DNA of 64,000 bases from Octopus bimaculoides. Lineage: Eukaryota. Below the pieces are notes generated by a model. That model saw nothing but the letters and a program-made list of their open reading frames with translations. It ran no database searches and was not told where the DNA came from. The stretch covers positions 98,214,259 to 98,278,258 of the forward strand of contig NC_068984.1 in assembly GCF_001194135.2 (NCBI RefSeq), written 5' to 3'. The translations under genes were made by a program, and so were the position numbers. Position 1 is the first letter of the stretch. Each line of letters begins with the position of its first letter. Below, in pieces: positions 26,328-38,092 of the stretch.

Positions 26328-26672
26328 CAGTGGCTCAATCGGATCCATATAGCCCCTGAGGGTTCATATAAGATGTTTTGGGGTTCATGCAACAAAATAG
26401 TCAATTGGAGATCCACAATAGTATTTTAAGGGCCCATGAAAAAATTTTGTTTTTGATGTATGTATTGGTATTTATTGCAAGAAACAACTAGGTTTCTTTC
26501 TTTAACATTTTACATCATTTAGCCTACCCAAATCAATGTGTGAAAAGTGAAATAGAAATTTTAAAAGAAGTTTCTATAAAACTAGTTTTTAAACATCGAA
26601 TGGCTGTGGGAGTCCATCAGACTAAAATAGTAATTAAAAGATCCATAGATGAAAAATGATTGAGAACCCCTG
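26328..26672. mobile_element. hAT MITE, second copy of the 15234 family
   Basis: CAGTGGCTCAATC...GATTGAGAACCCCTG; TSD TTATAGAT/TTATAAAT (7/8); interior is homologous to 15234-15544. Confidence 0.8.
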
Positions 26673-28466
26673 TTATAAATGGAATCGTCATCAGCATTGT
26701 TTTACATCTGCCTCTCCATATTGGCTGGCATGAGCTGGACAGATTTTCTGTAACAATGTTTTATAGCTGGGTACCTTTCTCGTCACCAATGTTTAAGATG
26801 CCTCTTACAACATGTAGGAACATGGTGTACCTAAGACCACTCTACACAGTAACATGGTTAGAAATGGAATTCCATTGTTATATAAGGTCTGCTTGATCAA
26901 GGTCAGCTTGGGACTAAACAGTAACAAGCTTCTAAAAATGGGAACTGAATATACTAGCAGTATACCATTAAGACAAACTGACTAGAAACAATGAGCAATA
27001 TTATTCAGCTAAGACCAATGATAGATGTCATTTGACTTGTGACCATCTGTGTTACTTTTTTGAAAGTGTTTCTAGGATCTCATTATCAAATGTATTATAT
27101 TGTTCTTTTTTTTTTCTTCGAGAACAGTAGGGGCTCAAATTGGTTTTGGTTGCTTTTTCTAGCAGATTGAGTAAGCACATAAGCATCCTTTCAATGGCTC
27201 GAAGAAAATATAGTGACAGAAGTTGGTAAAATCTACTCCAATATCTTAGCTGCTGCTTATACATACCAAACATCTGAAATTGCATTAAAAAAAAAAATTT
27301 TTTTTTAAATTGTATTGTAAGACTGGCTACCAGCTGGACTGGCTGTAGGTGTGCAGCATCAAGTTACTAGAAACATATTTCAAACAAGTAGGCTTTATCT
27401 TGAGGCCACTGGCCTCAAGTCTCCTAATATCTCTACCTTTTGGCCCAAGTCATTATCACTATAAGAGACAAAAAAGTCAAAATAAAGGCAAGACTGACTA
27501 ACTTGCTAGACAGGTGGTCATAGATGTGATAGAACGGTTGTATTGTATTTGTATAGCAGTAACATCCATCACAATCCTAACTCTTGCCAGCTTGCACAGC
27601 CTCAGAGTGAGCCTGGTTTCATCACCACTCCACCAGCATCCTACCTTAGCATCTGGTTAATTGATCATCCTTCTGCTACTCTACCTGTTGCCAGTGTAAA
27701 TCAAAGAACATGTGTTACATTTCTACCAGACATGTAAGCAGAATGAAAGAAGCGATGTAATTAGGCATATTTTAATAAGAACACAGACAGCACAGAGGAA
27801 TAAAACTTTCTATTCCAACCTCTCTCTTTCTCTCTCTCTCTCTCAGACATAACATACACATATACACACTGTCATTCCTTTCACACACACAGACACACAC
27901 ACATTATCACTCTTTCCTCCTAGACCTACACACATCAAGGAACAAAGGTACAAATTCTTTTTGGTAAGCAGCAGTGAAGGAGTGGGTGGTGTAGGTATAC
28001 TTTTGGCAGAGAAATGGGTAAAGTAATTGAGGTAGTCAGAGTGCATGATAGGATCGTTAAACTGAGAGTAATCTTGCATAAAACAAAAGTGACATTTATG
28101 CCTGTGCTCCTCAATCTGAGCTGGAAGGCAAACAGAAAAACCATTTGTACAAGACCCTTTTGCAGATTAAGTTGATGACAAATGATAATGGTTGGTGACT
28201 TCAATAGATTTGTTGGGCAGCATCCCAATAGATTTTAAGTTGTACTTGGAGATTACAGCTCGGTTCTACAAATAATGGGAGTACAAGGCTGCTAGTGTTC
28301 TGTGATGCAAATGACTTGACATTAATCAACCAGCCAGCCAGCCACTTGATCGCCTATCAATCTGATAGACACACAAGCCATATTACAACAAGTATATAGT
28401 CCATTTTTTGTATTATAGTGCATTGTTGTACCATTCAAAATTCTTATTCTTTACAAACTATACACA

Positions 28467-29356
28467 ATGCTTCAAGCGAACTACAATATTCTATCGCTAC
28501 GCCTGGGCCAGGCCGAGTTCGCAACCGCTAGGGAGTTGATCAAGCTATCCAAGAAATGTGCTAAAATCGGATGTCAAATAAACTTTCTTAAACGCTGCCT
28601 AAAAAACAACATAATTCCCAACACTATCAAGAACATACATCTACCCTCGTGTTTCTGCAGCCTTGCCCTTCGATGATCACTGAAATATATACATACGTTC
28701 GTTATCAGAAAAATCATACACCATCTACACCAACAACTACATGAGCACATACGCAAATTCTCTGAAATAATATCCAGCATCACGTCAACCATTGAACGTA
28801 TATACCGAAGAACAACTGCAGCTATTGACCGATGCTACCACCACTGCATTGACCAAGAGAAGAAACGCCTCAAACTTAAATTCCAGTGACTTTGTACCAA
28901 ATACCGACATAACTCTGCCTATTACACCAACAGAGGTGAACAGGACACGTCCACAGAACAAGATAACACTTACACCGAGGACACCAACACACCATCAGCA
29001 ACGAAATCCCTAGTCACAGACTTGAGGGGATCACTCTCCCATGAAGAACTAGAACTTCTCAGCTTGGGCCCTAAATTTATCTTGAGCCAACAGCCGAATG
29101 AAAAAATCTTATTCGACCTGGAAGCCAACTTTTGTCGAACAGCATACCAACTCAAATGGCTATCGGTAATAAAAGAAAAGAACAACAACACACTCATCAA
29201 ATTTCCCATGTACCAACTAGACCACCCACTCCACCCACCCCCAACCAACCAAGAACTCAACCACAAACTATCCAGACTGAAACAGTCTATCTCCAACATC
29301 TAAAGGAAGGAATCGAAAATAACTCCAAACTTAACCAAGGCGCAACATAAAACACT
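28467..29356 (+). mobile_element. Penelope-like element, N-terminal ORF fragment (pseudogene)
   Basis: One reading frame with stops at 28674, 28887 and 29301; motifs FLKRCLKNNIIP, LSHEELELLSLGPKF and NLTKAQHKTL resemble the pre-RT region of Penelope-type ORFs; CpG-rich relative to flanks. The RT and GIY-YIG domains are not present. Confidence 0.65.
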
Positions 29357-30173
29357 CATCATCATCATCATCATCATCATCATCGTTTAACGTCCGCTTT
29401 CCATGCTAGCATGGGTTGGACGATTTGACTGAGGACTGGTGAACCAGATGGTTACACCAGGCTCCAATCTGATTTGGCAAAGTTTCTACAGCTGGATGCC
29501 CTTCCTGACGCCAACCACTCCATGAGTGTAGTGGGTGCTTTTGCGTGCCACCGGCATGAGGGCCAGTTGGGTGGTACTGAAAACGGCCACGCTCAAAATG
29601 GTGTTTTTTATGTGCCACCTGCACAGGAGCCAGTCAGCTGGCAACGACCTCGCGCGAATGATTTTCTAACATGCCAGTAAGGCGACGATGGTAACGATCA
29701 CGCTCAAATGGTGCNNNNNNNNNNCTAACATGCCAGTAAGGCGACGATGGTAACGATCACGCTCAAATGGTGCTATTTACGAGCCACTAGCACGGAAGCC
29801 AGGCAGCTGCTCTGGCAATGATCACGCTCGGACAGTGCTGTTAGTGCTCCACTGGCAAAGGTGCCAGTCATCGAATATGGTTCAATTATGATTTCGATTT
29901 CGCTTACCCCAACAGGTCTTTGCAAGCAGAGTTTAGTGTCCAATGAAGGAGAGGTTGGCATGGGTGCCAGTCATAGAATTTAGTTCAATTTCGATTTCAA
30001 ATTCACTTGCCTAAACAGGTCTTCGCAAGCAGAGTTTAGTGTACAATGAAGTAAAGGTTTGAATAAGTGAGCTGGCAACACTTCTGGCATATGCTCTCAC
30101 TTGGCTTGCTGGGCCTTCTCACCTACTGCATATTTCCAAAGGTCCCAGTCACTAGTCATTGCCTCGGTGAGGC
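29357..30173 (-). mobile_element. RTE LINE 3' end with long repeat-containing 3' UTR, inserted into the Penelope-like fragment
   Basis: Minus ORF end LTEAMTSDWDLWKYAVGEK; ~103-bp tandem duplication (29859/29962); short tandem units; GGAAGGGCATCCAGC motif; (ATG)n tail. It runs into the gap at 30174. Confidence 0.8.
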
Positions 30174-30398
30174 NNNNNNNNNNNNNNNNNNNNNNNNNNN
30201 NNNNNNNNNNNNNNNNNNNNNNNNNNNNNNNNNNNNNNNNNNNNNNNNNNNNNNNNNNNNNNNNNNNNNNNNNTATATATATATATACGTGTATATATAT
30301 ATATACGTATATATATATATACACACACACATATATATATACGTATATATCTATATATACATATACATACGTGTGTGTGTGTTTGTGTACATATATAT

Positions 30399-30500
30399 AC
30401 CTGAAGATTAGCTATATTTTTGAATAGAATTGATTTTCGATAGTTTTAATCGATTTAAATATTCTTTCTATTTGAAAATTGGTTATGAAACACGTGTAGT
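30399..30500 (+). ncRNA. Hammerhead ribozyme-like motif with long stem II
   Basis: AC-CUGAAGA-U-[20-bp stem]-U-GAA-ACACGUGU-A-GU; the stem II arms were paired base by base; stem I is only 2 bp because the 5' side is (TA)n. Confidence 0.6.
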
Positions 30501-30619
30501 CGTTTTATTATCACTATCGTATGATATTTACTTTGTATTATATTATACTTACTTTGCTTCTTCAAATGAAAGAATGCCATAAAATAACTTCGTTTGACAC
30601 ACATACACACACTGTATGT

Positions 30620-31718
30620 AAAATTTCTGTGCAAATTGTTATTTCTTGCAGTGTGCACGTGCTAATTTACAGCTCAAATCCAATTGAAATGATCTTTCTC
30701 TATCCTGTAATGTGTGATTGTGATAAGCATATTTCAAACCTGATCTTTAATGTAAATATAAAAGGAAGTTTTCCAGAAATCCTGTCCTTTATCTCTTCTT
30801 TCTGGCATGTCCAAGGTGACATTTCCACCCCTCCTTATTTTTTTCCCTAAATTTCTTCCGATTCCTATGTTTGTGATACAGGAGGTTAAGATTTCACCAA
30901 CAAAATATGTTCTCAATATTTCAATTTGCTTCCACTCCACACCAAATTCATTTTTTACTGTTTTCAAATTTTTAGCCTTGGTAATACATGGAGAAAAAGC
31001 AGAGGGTACGAATTTTTAAGAATTTTACCCATCACCTTACCACTTTCAAAGAGTGACACACTCCCAATGTTTCACTTTTAGCTTTTTGGAAAACAAGGAA
31101 GTTTCTTCAGAAATAGTGTTGTTTACCTGTTGTTTCTAGCATGCCGGGTTTTCTGGTGGTGGTCTGGTATTTTTTAAGTCTACTATTTCAGTAGAATTCT
31201 ACACATGTGGGAAACATCAGCCAAAGTGAAAGTTTGGGAGATTTTAGCTTTTTGAAAGCTGGTAGGTGATGGGTGGGCAAGGTGGAGGAAGGGGCATTGA
31301 ATGCTTCTTTAAGAAATATTAAACTATAAACAATGTATAAATATATATGTGTATTTCCCAGATTCGTAATCTCTGTATTTTTCTATGTAGATAACAAAAA
31401 AATTCTAAGAAAAGTTACAAATTAAGAAATTGCAGTAGGGATAGAGAGAAATTAAGATATTGAAAACATGATTTCTGGACAAAATCGTATTATCCCCCTT
31501 TTATACGATGAAACAATACATAGTTTCTGATCCTTATTGAGAACAGAAAGCACTTTCATGCAGATTGTACCCTCACCTTTCACTATTAAACAGACAATGA
31601 CTTCCCATTATTCCATTAACTATATATCAGCTGTGCCGATACTGCCCATAAGAAAGGAGCAAATAATACAATGTGCTTGTATGTCATAACACTCGGGCAA
31701 CACCAGGATGCATTGCTA

Positions 31719-31719
<1 letters not shown>
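30620..31719 (+). mobile_element. Probable non-autonomous Helitron
   Basis: 3' end CTCGGGCAACACCAGG...GCTAG|T is a CpG-decayed GC hairpin followed by CTAG and T; the 5' boundary is uncertain. Confidence 0.5.
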
Positions 31720-31752
<33 letters not shown>

Positions 31753-34449
31753 TTGTTATATTTTAAAGATGATATAGTGTGATTTGAAGAAGATTTAGAT
31801 GTTATTTCTAGCAGATTCAATAATGGTGTAGAGGTTTCCTCATAGGGTTTTGTTATAAAATGTGCATCTTGTTAATATAATTATCACACTTAAATTATAA
31901 TATTCATAGTGGGCATACACTGTCACATTCACAACACACAAACACATGTACACAGACCAATCATTACATATGTATACCAACACACATCCTAGTTCTTACG
32001 CACGCTTACTCATACAGATCTTTCCTCACACACACTTGTGTTCATATTGATTTTCATCTACTTTCTTATTTCATATACTTTCACATACCTCCATTTACAC
32101 CATCATACAGCCTCACTCACATCTGCACGTACATGTACGTACTCACAGCCTCACACACTCCATCACTCATACGCAACATTACTCACACACACTCCATCAC
32201 TCACACACACTTCGTCACTCACACTCCATCACTCATGCACACACCATCACTCATACACACTATCATTCACACNNNNNNNNNNTAATATTCATAGTGGGCA
32301 TACACTGTCACATTCACAACACACAAACACATGTACACAGACCAATCATTACATATGTATACCAACACACATCCTAGTTCTTACGCACGCTTACTCATAC
32401 AGATCTTTCCTCACACACACTTGTGTTCATATTGATTTTCATCTACTTTCTTATTTCATATACTTTCACATACCTCCATTTACACCATCATACAGCCTCA
32501 CTCACATCTGCACGTACATGTACGTACTCACAGCCTCACACACTCCATCACTCATACGCAACATTACTCACACACACTCCATCACTCACACACACTTCGT
32601 CACTCACACTCCATCACTCATGCACACACCATCACTCATACACACTATCATTCACACACCATCACTCACTCATACCTTCTTTCACTTGCACAATCAATTA
32701 CAAACAACTTGCTCACATGCACCATCACTCTCTCTATGCATACACACATCTCACATCAATTCCCTATACATTCACACACTTAAATACACACCATTTCCCC
32801 TACAAATATATACATTACCCTACTCATCACACACACATACACATCATCACTTCATCACCACCATCATAGAGAGACATACAGATACATTTAAGTATTCATG
32901 CCTGTAAGTACAAACATGAGAATATAGGTTGACTTAAGTGTTTAAGAATTTCAAATGGTGAGATTTTAGTTGACTTCCTCAATGTTTGTAATTAGTAAGT
33001 TCTTATATAAGCTGATGCCATCTGAACCATATTTTATGGAGATTCTTTTATATTTCTCATTCCCTCTTTCTTTTTCTTCTTCATATATTTTTATAGTATA
33101 TTCATTTCACTTTTTAATTAATAAATATATGTGCTCCAGCATGACCACAGCCGCATGGCTGAAATGAGTAAAAGAATAAAAGAATTTAAGATAGAGAATA
33201 TACATGTTTATTATATGAAATAACAACTTATTAGTATTTTGTAAGCAGAGCATCATGCTAGATAATAATATATACTATAAGTATTACAATTTAAACATTT
33301 ATGCTGCAGTGTAGCGTTGTCAGTGCTCAGGTCACATTTTCGAGTGAGGAAAATTTTGACACCATTTTACAAACAATAAAGGTTTAAAGTTTTTGGGTGT
33401 TTCTGAATGGCTAACATGACTTCCATGCTGAAATCGTTTTAGTTTCAACACACAATCTCAGATCAAAACACTTGCCTGGCAAATTATATTTCTATTCAAC
33501 ATTATTGAATTGCGTACTCTTTTAATGCATATGAATACATAAAATATATATATATATATATATATAACACACGCACGCACGCAGCTGATTATGTTGGAGT
33601 GATACTACATCAAACTACCATCAAAAATGTGTGCAATGGACAAATAGTTATTGTATAACTTTCCGTATGAAATCATTTATGTCCAATGGTATTAGAAATG
33701 GAGTGGTACTGAAACAACTGTAACCATCATAATGATGTGCTAAAATTTGTTCTTCATCTTCGTAATTGTATTATATGTTATTTTTTGTTAAGACTCATAC
33801 ATTGCTTTTACCAGTGATGTACTTGGAATTTCTGTACCAGTGGACTTTCAGGAGTGTAGGTTGAGTGCTATATTGGAAATACACTGTTTTCTTCTCTATC
33901 AGAACCTACCCTACTGTATTACTTTGTGTATGTGTGTACAGGGCATTCAGGTTTAATTTGACAGTTTGTATAAAAGGGTAAGAGAACACAACATCCTATC
34001 CAAAAATTAAAATATTTTAAAAAATTAAAATATTTTAAAAAATTAAAAATCTAACAATTAGATTATTGCTGGGTGATAACAGCTTGCTCAAAGTAGCCAC
34101 TCTTAGCCTCTACTATGACCTCAAGACCACTCCAGAACTTTTGTGTTCCGCTAGCAAGAGATTCTCCTTTTCCAGAAAATTGTATACTTCATCTGCTACG
34201 AAGCCAGTTAATAGTTTCCAGGAAAATGGTAAGCAAGTAATGGCCTATAATTGCTGACTTCCCCTCTCTTTTCTTTGCCCTTCTGTATCAGCACTGTTAT
34301 TTCTTTTGTCATCCCTGTTGTTGTTCCATCTTTTATGCAGTCAGTAAAGAAATGGCTATATATAAGTGTGTATACTTGGGAGATTCTTGAGCCAGAAACC
34401 CAGGCACACCATTTGGTCCAGGAGTTTTACAGTTTTGTATTTTCTTAAT

Positions 34450-35330
34450 CATCTCTTATTTTCTTATCCATGATTGTTATATTTTCTTATGTCATTTCAA
34501 CTTCCATTTCTCTTTTAAAATCCTGTTTACCAGTCTGCTTTTATACTATATTAGGCTTCTTTACTCCAGATTTCTGCCCAGAATTTCCTTGCTGCTTCAG
34601 TATCTGACATGTCATTTCGCTGGTGATATCTACATATATTGATCAGTTGTTTATAGAATTTTCTTTTGTTGTTCTTGAAAAGTCTATTCTGCTGGTACAG
34701 ATTTGTTCTCTGTTGGTATCTGGGGTTTTTTGGTTTTTTTTTGTATCCAACACTGCTTTGATTTTTTTTTTGTATCCAACACTGCTTTGATTTTTTTTTT
34801 GTCTTAATTCCTTTTTTCACAACTTGCAGTCCTTTGTGTTTTATGTTGTATTTCCTTTGCAGTTCCTGTGTTTTTCCCTCACCCTTTTTTTTATGATTGC
34901 AGATATCCATTCAAGATTTCTGTTGAGCTTTTCAATTTGGTTCTCAAGCCTTTGTTCCCACTATGGGGCTTTGCCCTTTGTTTTTCTTTCACTTTTAATC
35001 CAAGAGTTTGCACAGCAACAGAAGCTGCACAGTAAGATCTGTTGTGTTTTTGATGTAGATTTTTGTTCATCTATCTTTTTCACTATTTTGTAGAGTTTTC
35101 CTCTTTTGATTCCTCTCAAAGCTGGAAGCATCTTTCTTTCACTATTTCATGCCTCATTAAGTAGTTAGTTGTTGTTGTTGTTGTTCTCTTTTAAATTCCT
35201 GTAACCAGTCTGTTTTGTATATTATGTTGGACTTCTTTACTCCAGATTCCTGCCCAGAATTTCCTTGCTGCTTCAGTATCTGACATATCATTTCCCTGAT
35301 GATATCTAATTATATTGATCAGTTGTTTTT
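34450..35330 (-). mobile_element. R4/Dong-like LINE N-terminal fragments, locally duplicated
   Basis: LQRKYNIKHKGL...YQQNRLFKNNKRKFYKQL...DTEAARKFWAEIWSKE; ~34521-34660 recurs at ~35195-35330; internal ~29-bp duplication at 34735-34800. Confidence 0.7.
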
Positions 35331-35409
35331 ATTATTTCTCATCTTTGCCTTCTTCATTTTTCATAGCTGGGCTAAGGTTTGTGCTCATACCATGTCTTGT
35401 CTCTCTCTA

Positions 35410-38057
35410 ATCCCCACTTTTTACAGTTTCCAATGTAGCATTTTTGCTACCAGATTGTGTCACCACAACTTGTAGTGATTTGCAGCAAGTCTGGGGTATT
35501 TGTTCATGACATGGGCAATGGTTTCATCCACTTTATTGCAGATGCAGCACAATGGAGACACTTGCTCATTCCTAAGGTTAACCCTCCAGTTCATGACCAA
35601 AACTTGGTCTTGCGCTGCCAGTATAATGCTCTGTCTCTTTTTTTAGTGTTCCTTTCATCAGCCAATCCCACCTAGTTTTTCCAATAACTTCTGTTGTGGT
35701 AATATGGAATTGATTGTGTCGTCCTTTCTTGTGTAATTCTTTTCATGTCCTTTTTGTACTTCTTCCCTTATTTTTCCCTTTTTCTCTGCTTTCAATACTC
35801 CTTTGTTCCTAACTGTCACTAGCAACGTTTCCTTACTTTGGTTTAGGTATCTCATTAAGCTCTCAAATTCAATACACATGCAATCTTCCACACTTATTAG
35901 TCCTCTTCTTCCATTTGTTCTCTTCATGTATAGGCAATCAATGTCTATATGTGGATGATATGATCCATGCATTGTTAGAGGTTTTCTTGACTTCCTGTCC
36001 ATCTCCTTTAGCTCCTTCTCTGTCCATTTCAGGATTCCAGCACCATATCGAACTACTGAAACTGCACACAAGTTTATTGTTGAAATTATGTTTCTGGCAT
36101 TCAGCTTTGAAACCAATATTTTTCTCACTTGCTGCAGGTACTCTCTTTTTGTCTTTTCCATCATGTTGTATTTGATTCCATCTGCCTCAAATATTCCCAG
36201 GTATTTATAGCTGGATTGAAGTTGAATTATCTTCATCATTTCACCACTTGGCAACCTTATGCCTTCTGTCCTGACAAACTTTCTTCGTCTCATTACCATT
36301 GTAGTACATTTTGAGAATCCAAACTCCATCTTAATATCATTGGAGAAAATCTGCACAGACTAGACTGGATTGTCCAGTTCTACCTCAGTTTTTGTGAATA
36401 GTTTCAGGTCGTCCATGAATAGCAAGTGGTTCAGTTTTCCCTTACCTCTTCCCAGATCGTATCTTAACTTTGTTTTCTGTAGTATTTCCCTCAAGGGGAT
36501 NNNNNNNNNNGGGGGGGGGGGGGGGGGACACTGTCCCCCTAGAAAATTCCTCTCTTGATTTTCACCTTTCCTAATACTTGATTACCTGCTGTCAATTTAG
36601 TTCTTCAGCCCTTCATGTTATTCCATATAAGGCTTCTCATATTTTCTGTTACTCTATACTTCTTCATTGTTCTTATTATCTAGGAGTGTGGTGTCATATT
36701 GTATGCTTTGCGATAGTCAACCCATGTCATGCTCAGGTTTGTGTGTTTTCTCTTACAGTTCCTGATAATTGGATTATCAAGTAAGAACTGATCCTTTGTT
36801 CCCCAGCTCCTCTTTCAGCACCCTTTCTGTTCTATAGGTAGCAGCCCACTTTTTCCCAAATATCTACACAGTTCACCAGTCAGAGCATCTAACATTAGTT
36901 TCCACTTTAGTGGAAGGCATGTTATTAGTCTAAAGTTGGATGCAACATTTCCCTTTTCAGGATCCTTGTCACATAACAATGCCTTTCCCTTTGTCATCCA
37001 GCTGGGTACTGTGCCTTCTTGCAAGCACTCTTCTAGCTGTTGCGCTATCCTTTCATGGAGCCCTCTCAGCTTCTTCATCCAATGACCTCGGACCCCATCT
37101 GGTCCTGGGTTCTTCCAATTTTGGAATTTTCTTAACTGCTTTTTTATCATTTCTGTAGTTATTTTTATGTCTTCTTGGTCTTCTATATTTCTTAACCTAT
37201 CTTGGGGTTCATGCAGCCACTCTGCTTCATCATTATGCTCTACAGGTTGGTCCCAGATCCCTCTCCAGAATACCCTGCTTTCCTCTGCATCTGGTAACAT
37301 TGTTATGTGTAATTGTCCATCTAGTTCCTGAAGCAGTTTCTTCTCATTTACTTTAAACTTTGGTTTGAATTGTTTTGATCTATTGTCATATCTTTCCAGT
37401 TTTGCTTTGATTGCTACTACTCCTTGTTTCAGTTCTTCCAATATCACATCACACCTTTTATCTCTTATTCTATATGGTCTTTCCAGCATTATTCTTATGC
37501 TCTTGTTCTACAATTCCCCTCTTCTCACTCTATCAACTTATCCTAAATGTCTTTTTAACTTTATTTCTCACAAATTTGTCTATGCCAATTTGGTTTTTAC
37601 GTTCTGTTTGTTCTTTTTTTTTTTTATATCCAACTCTGTCTGCAGCAACCATAGCTGCAGCCCAAATAATCTTGTTAGTTTCAGTTATATTTCTTGTCTG
37701 GAATAGCTCAAGGACCAAATCTATCTTTTCGGTTTCAACTTTGAGCTTGCATCGATCAATGTACCTCAGATTAGTGGGTGTTTGATCCTGGTCTTCTCTA
37801 ATATATTGGTACAGCATCCTCACTATATCGTGTTGGTCATCATTGTATTTTTGTGATATAGCTCTTCCTATTACTTCTTCTTCATATGCTGAGAATGCAT
37901 TTACACTTTGCTCTATATCTTCACTGCCGTCATTTATTTCTCTGTTCTCACTGGGGAGTTGGGCTACAATTGTAGTCTTTCAATAGAGTTGGTGAAATAT
38001 TATTGCTATTTTCTACTTTCCTTTTTATCTCTTCAATTTCTATATCTGTTAGTCACC
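35410..38057 (-). mobile_element. R4/Dong-clade non-LTR retrotransposon, decayed RT plus CCHC region
   Basis: Minus peptides PGPDGVRGHW, NFRLITCLP, WVDYRKAYN, RGIF*GDS, HLLFMDDLKLF, YKYLGI, RRGLISVED, AAQDQ and CCICNKVDETIAH; the restriction-like endonuclease end is missing; gap at 36501-36510. Confidence 0.9.

Positions 38058-38092
<35 letters not shown>

Noticed and set aside
29429-29450. CTGAGGA followed by the hairpin CTGG-TGAA-CCAG as a hammerhead
   Set aside because: No GAAA follows the stem and no stem I or III can be formed.
29666-29773. 49-bp exact tandem duplication
   Set aside because: It flanks a 10-N gap; probable assembly overlap.
31898-32657. 375-bp exact duplication and the 289-aa His/Thr-rich ORF 32038..32907
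   Set aside because: 31898-32272 and 32283-32657 sit either side of a 10-N gap, typical of unmerged overlapping contigs; the ORF is low-complexity CA-rich sequence.
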